NCBI GenBank assembly: GCA_038209745.1
Contig: JBBQXJ010000107.1
Coordinates: 1-12,421 of the forward strand
Length of the DNA: 12,421 nucleotides
From: Verrucomicrobiota bacterium
GTDB taxonomy: Bacteria > Verrucomicrobiota > Verrucomicrobiia > Limisphaerales > CANJSG01
Direction: 5' to 3'
In this document: positions 1-6,797 of the stretch, piece after piece
Layout of the letters: each line of letters starts with the position of its first letter
Position numbering within the stretch: position 1 is the first letter of the stretch
Program-made: the position numbers and the translations under genes
The notes under the pieces: generated by a model
What the model was told of the DNA's origin: nothing
Seen by the model: only the letters and a program-made list of their open reading frames with translations
Database searches by the model: none

Positions 1-45
1 CCGGGTCTTCCCCTTTGCTTTCCCATTTCCATTTTCAACGCCCCG

Positions 46-71
46 CTTCCAAAAAGGTCGGTTTTTGGAAG
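46..71. repeat. Perfect 10-bp inverted repeat (hairpin); possible terminator or mobile-element end
   Basis: CTTCCAAAAA (46-55), GGTCGG loop (56-61), TTTTTGGAAG (62-71). The palindrome is certain; its function is not. Confidence 0.55.
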
Positions 72-76
72 TCCCC

Positions 77-343
77 TTAACCCACTGGGACGAGACGTGG
101 GACGGAGGCGTCTTCTCCGCATGGATCCATGGAATCCGTTCGAGCGTTCCGCTCGCCGGCACTGGGTTGGGAGTGGTCTTCATGGCGGCCAAGTGGTCCG
201 ACCTTGCGGAGGCGATTTAGGAGCTTCTCCGGGTCCACGCGGCGACCCCTGTGCCGATCGGTTGCCCGGGTTTGGGAGCCTTCGCGAATGGGGAGGAAAT
301 CGAGGTGGATACGGGCAGCGTCGTCGGAATCCATGCCCTGCAT
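77..343 (-). CDS. Doubtful short hypothetical ORF or gene remnant downstream of the ACP gene (88 aa)
   Basis: ATG at 343 (alternative 334), 38 nt after the ACP stop. Reads MQGMDSDDAARIHLDFLPIREG...VDPEKLLNRLRKVG. Only moderate GC3 bias and no recognised motif. Confidence 0.2.
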   Translation of the reverse strand: MQGMDSDDAARIHLDFLPIREGSQTRATDRHRGRRVDPEKLLNRLRKVGPLGRHEDHSQPSAGERNARTDSMDPCGEDASVPRLVPVG

Positions 344-380
344 GGCAGAGTATCCCGTCTGCGCCTCCGCTTTGTTCCGC

Positions 381-647
381 TCAGCCTGCCGAGGCTCGGT
401 GCTTCTCGATCGCCAAAGCCATGGTGTTGACCGATTGGAGGACTTCGCGGGCCACCCCTGGATCCGGGATCTTGAGCCCGTAGTTCTTGTCGAGCGCGAC
501 CACCAGCTGCAGCGCATCCACTGAATCAAGACCGATGCTTTCCGAGCCGAAGAGCGCCTGGTCGTCGCCGATCTCCGTCGCTGTGACCTGCAGCATGAGG
601 TTCTCGACCATCATCTGCTTCAACTGCTGCCGGAGTTCGTCTGCCAT
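381..647 (-). CDS. Acyl carrier protein, 88 aa (aryl-polyene/polyene type II PKS-like)
   Basis: 3' part of listed ORF 381..1202, ATG at 647. MADELRQQLKQMMVENLML...LFGSESIGLDSVDALQLVVALDKNYGLKIPD contains the phosphopantetheine serine motif GLDSVDAL. Acidic and ACP-sized; starts 20 nt after the fabG stop. Confidence 0.93.
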   Translation of the reverse strand: MADELRQQLKQMMVENLMLQVTATEIGDDQALFGSESIGLDSVDALQLVVALDKNYGLKIPDPGVAREVLQSVNTMALAIEKHRASAG

Positions 648-667
648 GGGCTCTGGATGAAAGTTTT

Positions 668-1399
668 TTAAAGGATTCCGCCGTCGATTTTGAGCGCGGA
701 GCCTGTGATGTAGCCCGCCTCCGAACAAGCGAGAAAAAAGACCGCAGCGGCCACTTCGGCCGGCTTCCCCAGACGCCTCATCGGCACGCGCGCGGCCGCC
801 GCCCGCTTCTCCTCGGCGCTCATGTCGGAGAGAGCGCCGGTGTCGATGTAGCCCGGGCACACGGCGTTCACCGTGATGCCGATCCGTGCGACTTCCTTGG
901 CCAAGGATTGGGTAAGGCCGATGACGCCGGCCTTCGCCGCCGCGTAGTTCGCCTGGCCGGCGGGCGAATACAGCGCACTGAGCGACGCGATGTTCACGAT
1001 CCGCCCGAACCGCTGTGAAATCATGGTCGGCAGGACGGCCTGGCAGCCGTGGAAGACCGAATCGAGATTTGTGCGCAAAACGCGGTCCCAGCTCCCGGGC
1101 GGCATGGTCGCAAGGAGCGCGTCTTCGTGGCTGCCGGCGTTGTTGACCAGCACGTCGAGGCGTCCGTGCTTCGCCAGAACCTCGGCCACGCCAGCCTTCC
1201 ATGCGGCCGGATCGACGACGTCCAGCGTCACCAACTCCACCCTGCCGTGAAACTCAGCGACCAAGGTCTCCGCGTGTTCGCGCCGTTCACGCACCCCGAG
1301 ACAGACGAAGTCTCCCTCCGCCTTCTCCAGGAATTGACGTGCGATCGCCAAACCGAGACCGCCATTGCCGCCGGTGATGAGGATGATGCGTGGTGTCAT
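668..1399 (-). CDS. fabG: 3-oxoacyl-ACP reductase (FabG-like classical SDR), 243 aa
   Basis: TGGNGGLG Rossmann motif, LVNNAG, GRIVNIAS, catalytic YAAAK, NAVCPGYIDT, C-terminal YITGSALKIDGG. Lies between KS genes and ACP. Probably a cluster-specific paralog rather than the housekeeping copy. Confidence 0.92.
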   Translation of the reverse strand: MTPRIILITGGNGGLGLAIARQFLEKAEGDFVCLGVRERREHAETLVAEFHGRVELVTLDVVDPAAWKAGVAEVLAKHGRLDVLVNNAGSHEDALLATMPPGSWDRVLRTNLDSVFHGCQAVLPTMISQRFGRIVNIASLSALYSPAGQANYAAAKAGVIGLTQSLAKEVARIGITVNAVCPGYIDTGALSDMSAEEKRAAAARVPMRRLGKPAEVAAAVFFLACSEAGYITGSALKIDGGIL

Positions 1400-1425
1400 G
1401 AACTGTTCGGCGAATCGTCCCGGAT

Positions 1426-1449
1426 CTCAGTGCCGGCTTCCAGCCTGAG
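1426..1449. repeat. Degenerate REP-like hairpin between the KS-like gene and fabG
   Basis: CTCAG-tgcc-GGCT-tcc-AGCCTGAG forms a bulged stem. The core GGCTTCCAGCCTG resembles common REP palindromes. Confidence 0.4.
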
Positions 1450-1467
1450 CTGTGTTAAGGACGACGG

Positions 1468-2484
1468 CTATCTTCCCACGATGCGCGCCGCGATCGCCTG
1501 CTCGTTCGGACCGACCACGCTGATCCGTGCCGCCGGGTGACGGCCGCTCCCGACCGCGTCGCAGGCCGCCACACATTGCCATGCGGCCGAGGCGACCAGC
1601 GCTTCTCCCAGCACTCGCTTCGGGGATAGCCGCGCAGCCGACCAATCTTCCCACACCCAGCGTTCCGCCCGTCCCAATCGGTGGCCCGTCCCAAGCCCGT
1701 CCACCAAGAGCTCGCCGTCTGCCGGAGCTGGCAGCTTCGATCTGGCCCGTCGTATCGCTTCTGAACGAGGAACACCCTGGAGGAACAGGTCCCCGTCGGT
1801 CACCACGTCCAATGTCACGGCTCCGGGCCCCAGACCCAGACACAGCGCGCCCGCGCCCGCCGCGCAGACCACCCCGCGGTCGAAGTGGCGGAACGCGTCC
1901 GCCGTCAGCCAGTCCATCTCCTCCGCCGCGACGACGAGACAGCGGTCCACCCGCCCGTCCAACAGCCACGTTCCCGCCATCGACAGCCCCTGCAGGAACG
2001 TGCCGGAATCGCCCACGAGCGTGTAGTTGATCGCCGTGCTGCCGAGGAACGCCGAGAGATGGCTGGCGGGTGCGTTGAAAACCGTCTCGGGAAAGACCAA
2101 CGGACTCGCGGTGGACGGATCCTTCAGCGCTTCGTCGTAGAAGCGGCGCGAGTAGTTCACGCAGCCGGACATCGCACAAAAGACCACCCCGAGGCTTCCG
2201 TTGTCGCCCGCCACCTCGCCTCCCGCCATCGCCAGCGCCTCTGCGGCCGCCGCCACCGTGTAATGGCTGACCGGGCTCGAACGCCGCAGTCGTGGATGAG
2301 CCAAAAATGTCGGCCTTGTCGCCGGAGCCGGGACGGGACGACACCGCAAGGGTCGCTCCCAACCGGGACGCGGGAGATCCCGCGTCTCCACTGGTTCGCC
2401 CGCGGCGAGACGCGCCAACATCGCCTCCGCACCCCAACCCCCCGGCGACACCGCGCCCCATCCTTGGATCGCGACCCGGCTCAT
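1468..2484 (-). CDS. Non-catalytic beta-ketoacyl synthase-like protein (chain-length-factor-like), 338 aa
   Basis: 3' part of listed ORF 1468..3063. ATG at 2484 overlaps the TGA of the upstream KS (ATGA). KS N-terminal features: VAIQGWGAVSPGG, RLRRSSPVS, ASPLVFPETVFNAPASHLS, DRCLVVAAEE, AGAGALCL. The catalytic-Cys position reads TLVGDSG; the HGTGT and GHxLGA equivalents read DGLGTG and GEALVAS. Confidence 0.88.
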   Translation of the reverse strand: MSRVAIQGWGAVSPGGWGAEAMLARLAAGEPVETRDLPRPGWERPLRCRPVPAPATRPTFLAHPRLRRSSPVSHYTVAAAAEALAMAGGEVAGDNGSLGVVFCAMSGCVNYSRRFYDEALKDPSTASPLVFPETVFNAPASHLSAFLGSTAINYTLVGDSGTFLQGLSMAGTWLLDGRVDRCLVVAAEEMDWLTADAFRHFDRGVVCAAGAGALCLGLGPGAVTLDVVTDGDLFLQGVPRSEAIRRARSKLPAPADGELLVDGLGTGHRLGRAERWVWEDWSAARLSPKRVLGEALVASAAWQCVAACDAVGSGRHPAARISVVGPNEQAIAARIVGR

Positions 2485-3731
2485 GGCGCCCTCCTGAGGA
2501 CGAGGCTGGCGTTCGCTCCGCCGAACCCGAATGAGTTCGTCAACACCGCGTCGACCTTCGCTTCTTGCGGCCTCGAGACGATCGGGAATCCACACGCGAC
2601 ATCGGCTGAAACGAGGGTCGTTTCGGGCGGCAGCCATTGGCCCTGCAACGCCATCAGACACACGACCGCTTCCACCGCGCCCGCCGCGCCGAGCAGATGA
2701 CCGATGCCCGCCTTGGTGGAACTGACGGGCAAGGTCGCGGCGCGTTCTCCGGCCCAGCGGTTGATCGCCGCCGCTTCGGCCGAGTCGTTCAAAGGCGTAC
2801 CGGTGCCGTGTGCGTTCACGTAGTCGATGTCCGCCGGCGTCACGCCCGCAGCCGCGCAGGCCCGTGTCATGGAGGCGAGCGCCGCGTCTCCCTGCGGATG
2901 CGGCTGGGTCAGATGGTGCGAATCGGTGCAGGCCCCGTAGCCCGCGATCTCGCCAAGAATCGTCGCGCCTCGCGCTCGCGCGCTTTCCCACGTCTCGATG
3001 CAGACCACCGCCGCGCCTTCGCCCAAGGCCAGTCCGTCGCGGCCGGCATCGAAGGGACGACATTCAGTCGCGGACAAGGCCTGGAGCGAATCAAAGCCCG
3101 CGAAGACCAATTGGCTGATCGCGTCATAGCCGCCCGCCAGCACCCGGTCGGCCCGTCCGTTTCGAACCAGCTCCCAAGCGTGGCCGATCGCGTTGGCTCC
3201 GGAGGCACAGGCATTGGCGATGATCGTGACCGAACCGTCGAATCCGAACGCCTCCGCCAGATCCAGGGCCTGTTGCTGGGGTTGATAGTGCGTCACGCGC
3301 CGGGCCTGGTTCCGCTGGTCCCTCGGCTGGGTGAGCGCATGGCGGAAATAGGCTTCCCCCAGGCTCATGCCCGCGCTGGTCGTCCCCAGCACCAGCGGCA
3401 ATCGGCCTCCGCCCCAACCGGACTGACCCCACGCCTCATCGGCCGCCGCCAGAAGAAACCGCGCGGCCCGATCCAAGCGCCCGGCATGGCGCGCTCCGAG
3501 CCGGGACTTCGGCAACGGCGGCAGATCGGCTTCACCCGCCATTTTCACGCGCTGACGCGACACGTCGAAGAGGCTCACCGGTCGAAACGCCCGCCGGCCT
3601 TCGCGGAAGCCGACCGAGTTCGCGCCCCAGCCCTGACCGAGCGACGTGACGATGCCGGCGCCGGTGACGACGACGCGGGAGCGGGTTTCGGATGTTCGCG
3701 GAGGAAAGGCCACGGGGGAGCAAGGAAACAT
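2481..3731 (-). CDS. fabF: Beta-ketoacyl-ACP synthase (FabF/KAS II family), about 416 aa; start uncertain
   Basis: RVVVTGAGIVTSLG; Cys-His-His triad in ANACASG, NAHGTGT and KAGIGHLLGAAG; RPFDAGRDGLALGEGA; NSFGFGG. Probably a cluster-specific paralog. Confidence 0.93.
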   Translation of the reverse strand: MFPCSPVAFPPRTSETRSRVVVTGAGIVTSLGQGWGANSVGFREGRRAFRPVSLFDVSRQRVKMAGEADLPPLPKSRLGARHAGRLDRAARFLLAAADEAWGQSGWGGGRLPLVLGTTSAGMSLGEAYFRHALTQPRDQRNQARRVTHYQPQQQALDLAEAFGFDGSVTIIANACASGANAIGHAWELVRNGRADRVLAGGYDAISQLVFAGFDSLQALSATECRPFDAGRDGLALGEGAAVVCIETWESARARGATILGEIAGYGACTDSHHLTQPHPQGDAALASMTRACAAAGVTPADIDYVNAHGTGTPLNDSAEAAAINRWAGERAATLPVSSTKAGIGHLLGAAGAVEAVVCLMALQGQWLPPETTLVSADVACGFPIVSRPQEAKVDAVLTNSFGFGGANASLVLRRAP

Positions 3732-3771
3732 CCCCCGCAGTCATGCATCAAGGTGGGACCGGAGGAAGTTG

Positions 3772-3793
3772 GCGGTAGACTCCCGTCTGCTGC
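3772..3793. repeat. REP-like hairpin upstream of the KS gene
   Basis: GCGGTAGAC-tccc-GTCTGCTGC pairs over 9 bp if two G-U pairs are allowed. Confidence 0.4.
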
Positions 3794-3840
3794 TCCGGCC
3801 GCGGCGCGAAGAACAGAGTTCGCCGCTATCAATTCCAACG

Positions 3841-3872
3841 AAAAAGGCCGGCTCTCTATGAAGCCGGCCCTT
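3841..3872 (-). terminator. Rho-independent terminator of mdh
   Basis: Minus strand reads GGCCGGCT-TCATAGAG-AGCCGGCC followed by TTTTT, starting about 23 nt after the mdh stop. A short TTT follows on the + strand, so it may act weakly in both directions. Confidence 0.85.
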
Positions 3873-3892
3873 TGTAGATGTTCCGAACCAGA

Positions 3893-4882
3893 TCACGCCG
3901 GCAGCAGCTCGCTGACGAGGCTCTTCTCCTCTTTCAGCTCGTTCTCGGTGGCGGCGATCTTGGCGCTGCTGAAGTCGTTTTCCGGTACGCCCTGGATGAC
4001 TTCCCATTTGCCGTCGCCGTGGGAGCGGATCGGGAAGCTGAACAGCAAACCTTTCTCGATGCCGTAGCTGCCGTCGGAGACGACCGCCACGCTGGTGCAG
4101 TCGCCTTCTGGCGTCGCGGTGTTGAGGCTGCGGACGGTGTCCACCACGGCGTTGGCTGCGCTGGCCGCGCTGCTCGAGCCGCGCGCCTTGATGATGGCGG
4201 CGCCCCTCTGCTGCACGGTGGGGATGAAGGTCTCCTTGAACCAGGCTTCGTCCTTGATCACCTCGAGCGCGGGCTTGCCGCCGATCTTCGCGCTGTAGAA
4301 GTCGGGATACATGGTGGAGCTGTGGTTGCCCCAGATGGCGAGGTTGGTGACCTCGGTGATGTCCACGCCGGCCTTCTTGGCGAGCTGCGACTTGGCGCGG
4401 TTCTCGTCGAGCTTGGTCATGGCGAACCAACGGTCGGACGGGATGCCGGGGGCGTTGCGCTGGGCGATGAGGCAGTTGGTATTGCAGGGATTGCCGACGA
4501 CCAGGACGCGGATGTCGCTGGCGGCGTTCTTCTCGATGGCCTTGCCCTGGCCGGTGAAGATCTTGCCGTTGATGCCGAGGAGGTCCTTGCGCTCCATGCC
4601 CTGTTTGCGCGGAACGGAACCGACCAGCAACGCCCAGTTCACATCCTTGAAGCCTTCGTCGAGGCTGGCCGTGGGGACGACGCCCTTGAGCAGCGGGAAC
4701 GCGCAGTCGTCGAGTTCCATGACCACGCCGCCAAGCGTGGGAAGAGCCGGCTCGATCTCGATCAGGTGGAGAATGACGGGCTGGTTCGCCCCGAACATGG
4801 AGCCGGAAGCGATACGGATAAGGAGGGAGTAGCCGATCTGGCCGGCGGCGCCGGTCACTGCGACACGGATGGGAGCGTTCAT
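3893..4882 (-). CDS. mdh: Malate dehydrogenase (MDH type 2, Thermus/cytosolic-like), 329 aa
   Basis: ATG at 4882: [21 protein letters not shown]. Motifs [60 protein letters not shown]. Very strong codon bias, consistent with high expression. Confidence 0.98.
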   Translation of the reverse strand: MNAPIRVAVTGAAGQIGYSLLIRIASGSMFGANQPVILHLIEIEPALPTLGGVVMELDDCAFPLLKGVVPTASLDEGFKDVNWALLVGSVPRKQGMERKDLLGINGKIFTGQGKAIEKNAASDIRVLVVGNPCNTNCLIAQRNAPGIPSDRWFAMTKLDENRAKSQLAKKAGVDITEVTNLAIWGNHSSTMYPDFYSAKIGGKPALEVIKDEAWFKETFIPTVQQRGAAIIKARGSSSAASAANAVVDTVRSLNTATPEGDCTSVAVVSDGSYGIEKGLLFSFPIRSHGDGKWEVIQGVPENDFSSAKIAATENELKEEKSLVSELLPA

Positions 4883-4973
4883 AAGTGCCTTCAGAATCGG
4901 CACGTCGCGGCAAAAGGGGCAAGCGCGGTTTTGGGCAGGGCGGCAATCCAGTCTCCCTTCATCAAGATCGGCC

Positions 4974-5509
4974 CAGGGTCTTTTGTTTTGAAGGGCTCAA
5001 GAGGCGACGAGGTCGAGGGAGCGGGCGGGTCTGGAGCGGAGGTTTTCGCGGGTCTCGGGAAGCGAGTCTTTGGGGAAGAGGTCGGGCAGGACGGCCAGGA
5101 GGGCGTTGCGGACGAGGGCGGGGTTGGCCAGCAGGTTGGGCGATGCCCTCTTGGGCGCGAAGACCAGGAACCGCCGAATCTGGACGACCCGCTTGAGGCT
5201 CTCCACCCGCTGGGAAGCGGTCCCCAGACCCACCGCGCCACGACCCGCCCGTCGAACCCGACGACCTGACGGAGGCAATCACCGACCGGGTGGCCCGCGC
5301 CCGGAGAATGGTGCGTTGCCCGTTGCGCGTCGAACCACCCGGTCTCCTCCGGGCCCGAAACCCGCACGTTGCTCGCCATCCGGGTCGTCGTTGGAACAGC
5401 GTCCCATGCTTTCATCCCACTCCGCCGAACCAAAAAAGTGCGTTCAAGTTCAGCCAAACCTCCCCGCTTTGCGGCTCAGCGCCTTCGGCCGTAGTAAAAA
5501 GGAACCCTG
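4974..5509 (-). mobile_element. Internally deleted, non-autonomous IS remnant, probably ISAs1 family with an N-terminal DUF4338-like region (536 bp)
   Basis: Imperfect terminal inverted repeats: CAGGGTCTTTTGT at 4974 on +, and CAGGGTTCCTTTTT reading inward from 5509 on -. They enclose a broken reading frame (next feature). No convincing target-site duplication. Family assignment is from recall. Confidence 0.65.
4997..5415 (-). pseudogene. Fragmented transposase gene: DUF4338-like N-terminus joined to an ISAs1-transposase-like C-terminus
   Basis: Frame A from ATG 5415: MKAWDAVPT...GWFDAQRATHHSPGAGHPVGDCLRQVVGFDGRVVARWVWGP. Frame change at about 5220 to TASQRVESLKRVVQIRRFLVFAPKRASPNL, then LANPALVRNALLAVLPDLFPKDSLPETRENLRSRPARSLDLVAS* (TGA 4999-4997). 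Matches the recalled DUF4338 pattern HHYLG...GDxLRQ...LxWG...LxLxVQNxRFL...PNLAS. Confidence 0.7.
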
Positions 5510-5576
5510 AGACAAAACCCGCCTCCCACTCCGCTTGGATTGACGAAGGCGCCTTCGATCCATTGACTCCGGGGCC

Positions 5577-6491
5577 ATGCGTTGGCTTCCGTTGTTCGTC
5601 GTCATCTTCTTTCCTCTCCTCGGCCGCGCGGAGCGCCCCTTCACCGTCGCCGCCTACAACCTGCAGAACTACCTCCTCCAACGCATCGGCACGCGGCAGG
5701 CCAAATCTCCCGAAGCCCGGGCCAAGATCGCCGAAAACCTCGCCACCCTGAAACCGGACGTCCTCGCCATCGAAGAGATCGGCGACACCAACGCGCTCTT
5801 CGCTCTCCAAGCAGACCTCAAACGCGCCGGCCTCGACCTGCCGCACTGGGAACACGTCCGCGGCTGGGACACCAATATTTTCGTGGCCGTGCTGAGCCGC
5901 TTTCCCATCGTCGCGCGTCGTTCCCACACCACCGACAGCTACCTGCTCAATGGTCGTCGCTTCCACGTCAGTCGCGGCTTCGCCGAGGTGGAGATCGCGG
6001 TGAACGACCACTACCGCTTCACGCTGCTGGCCGCCCATCTCAAGTCCCGCCGGCCCGTCCCGCAAGGCGACCAGGCGGAGATGCGCGAGCAGGAAGCCAT
6101 CCTCCTTCGCGAGAAGATCGACGCCCGGCTCAAAGCCGATCCCACCGCGAACGTCGTCGTCGTGGGCGACCTCAACGACGTGAAAGATTCCCGTTCGATC
6201 CGTGCGATCATTGGTCGTGGCAAAGCGGGCCTCCTCGACACCCGACCGGCCGAACGCAACGGCGACACCCTCGCTGCGGAGCGGCCCGGCTGGGATCCGG
6301 CGACGGTCACCTGGACCCATTTCTACGGAAAGGAAGACAGCTACAGCCGCATCGACTACATCCTCGTCAGTCCCGGCATGGCCAAGGAATGGCGGAAGGA
6401 AGGCACCTACGTGTTCACCGCGCCCAACTGGGGCCTCGCCTCCGACCATCGCCCGATCATCGCGGAGTTCGTGCCGAAGGACGCTCCGTAA
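5577..6491 (+). CDS. Endonuclease/exonuclease/phosphatase (EEP, DNase I-like fold) protein with N-terminal signal peptide, 304 aa
   Basis: AAYNLQNY, PDVLAIEEI, VLSRFPI, AAHLKS, VVGDLND, RIDYILVS, ASDHRPI. The N-terminus MRWLPLFVVIFFPLLGRA is basic then hydrophobic and ends in GxA. Confidence 0.93.
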   Translation: MRWLPLFVVIFFPLLGRAERPFTVAAYNLQNYLLQRIGTRQAKSPEARAKIAENLATLKPDVLAIEEIGDTNALFALQADLKRAGLDLPHWEHVRGWDTNIFVAVLSRFPIVARRSHTTDSYLLNGRRFHVSRGFAEVEIAVNDHYRFTLLAAHLKSRRPVPQGDQAEMREQEAILLREKIDARLKADPTANVVVVGDLNDVKDSRSIRAIIGRGKAGLLDTRPAERNGDTLAAERPGWDPATVTWTHFYGKEDSYSRIDYILVSPGMAKEWRKEGTYVFTAPNWGLASDHRPIIAEFVPKDAP

Positions 6492-6566
6492 CGGTGAGAT
6501 AGCCGACAGGCGCGGCCGTATCGCGGTGGGCAAAGTAGCTTTCAGCGAACCCAAGGCTCCCACCGT

Positions 6567-6607
6567 CGCGCCAGCGTCTTGGACTGCGCCGGTGCTCCGG
6601 CGCTTTT
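6567..6607 (+). repeat. REP-like element with GC hairpin and T-run; may also terminate the EEP gene
   Basis: GCGCCGG-TGCT-CCGGCGC (6586-6603) followed by TTTT and preceded by CGCGCCAGCGTCTTGGACT. Resembles the 'TTGGAnTGCG...CGCTTT' intergenic repeats I recall from Verrucomicrobia/Planctomycetes. Confidence 0.6.
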
Positions 6608-6647
6608 GGACGGCGAGTCGCTCGGGGACGATGCCTCGAAATAAAAT

Positions 6648-6746
6648 GGGCACATCCCGATCAACTGGTTGACGAACGGCTTCACCCTGCAGGTGTCGAA
6701 CAACATCATCGTGCGGAAGGGATACTCATACATGTCGGCGCACTGA
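6648..6746 (+). pseudogene. Orphan 3' gene fragment (32 codons, no clear start)
   Basis: GHIPINWLTNGFTLQVSNNIIVRKGYSYMSAH-TGA. 30 of 32 codons end in G/C. In-frame TAA at 6642-6644 just upstream. Confidence 0.45.
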
Positions 6747-6797
6747 GCGAAGGCTTCAGGAGCGACCGCGCATCAAGGACTTGATGCAGCAACCCGA

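Noticed and set aside
381..1202. 273-aa ORF as one protein
   Set aside because: Only the last 88 codons (from ATG 647) are ACP. The upstream part is an off-frame overlap of fabG with Arg/Gly-rich nonsense composition.
1468..3063. 531-aa ORF as one protein or a KS fusion
   Set aside because: The N-terminal 193 codons overlap fabF in another frame. The real start is the ATGA-coupled ATG at 2484.
2637..5269. Long + strand ORFs 2637..4067 and 3878..5269, and minus ORF 3741..4946
   Set aside because: Antisense or off-frame shadows of fabF and mdh, expected in high-GC DNA with strong codon bias; no motifs.
4891..5457. 188-aa ORF as an intact gene, or a functional Druantia defence system
   Set aside because: Only about 66 codons are protein-like before a frameshift, and the rest is Pro/Ser-rich off-frame sequence. 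No DruE helicase or other Druantia genes are present, and the context is an IS remnant.
4964..5519. Target-site duplication around the IS remnant
   Set aside because: The flanks AAGATCGGCC (left) and AGACAAAACC (right) do not match convincingly.
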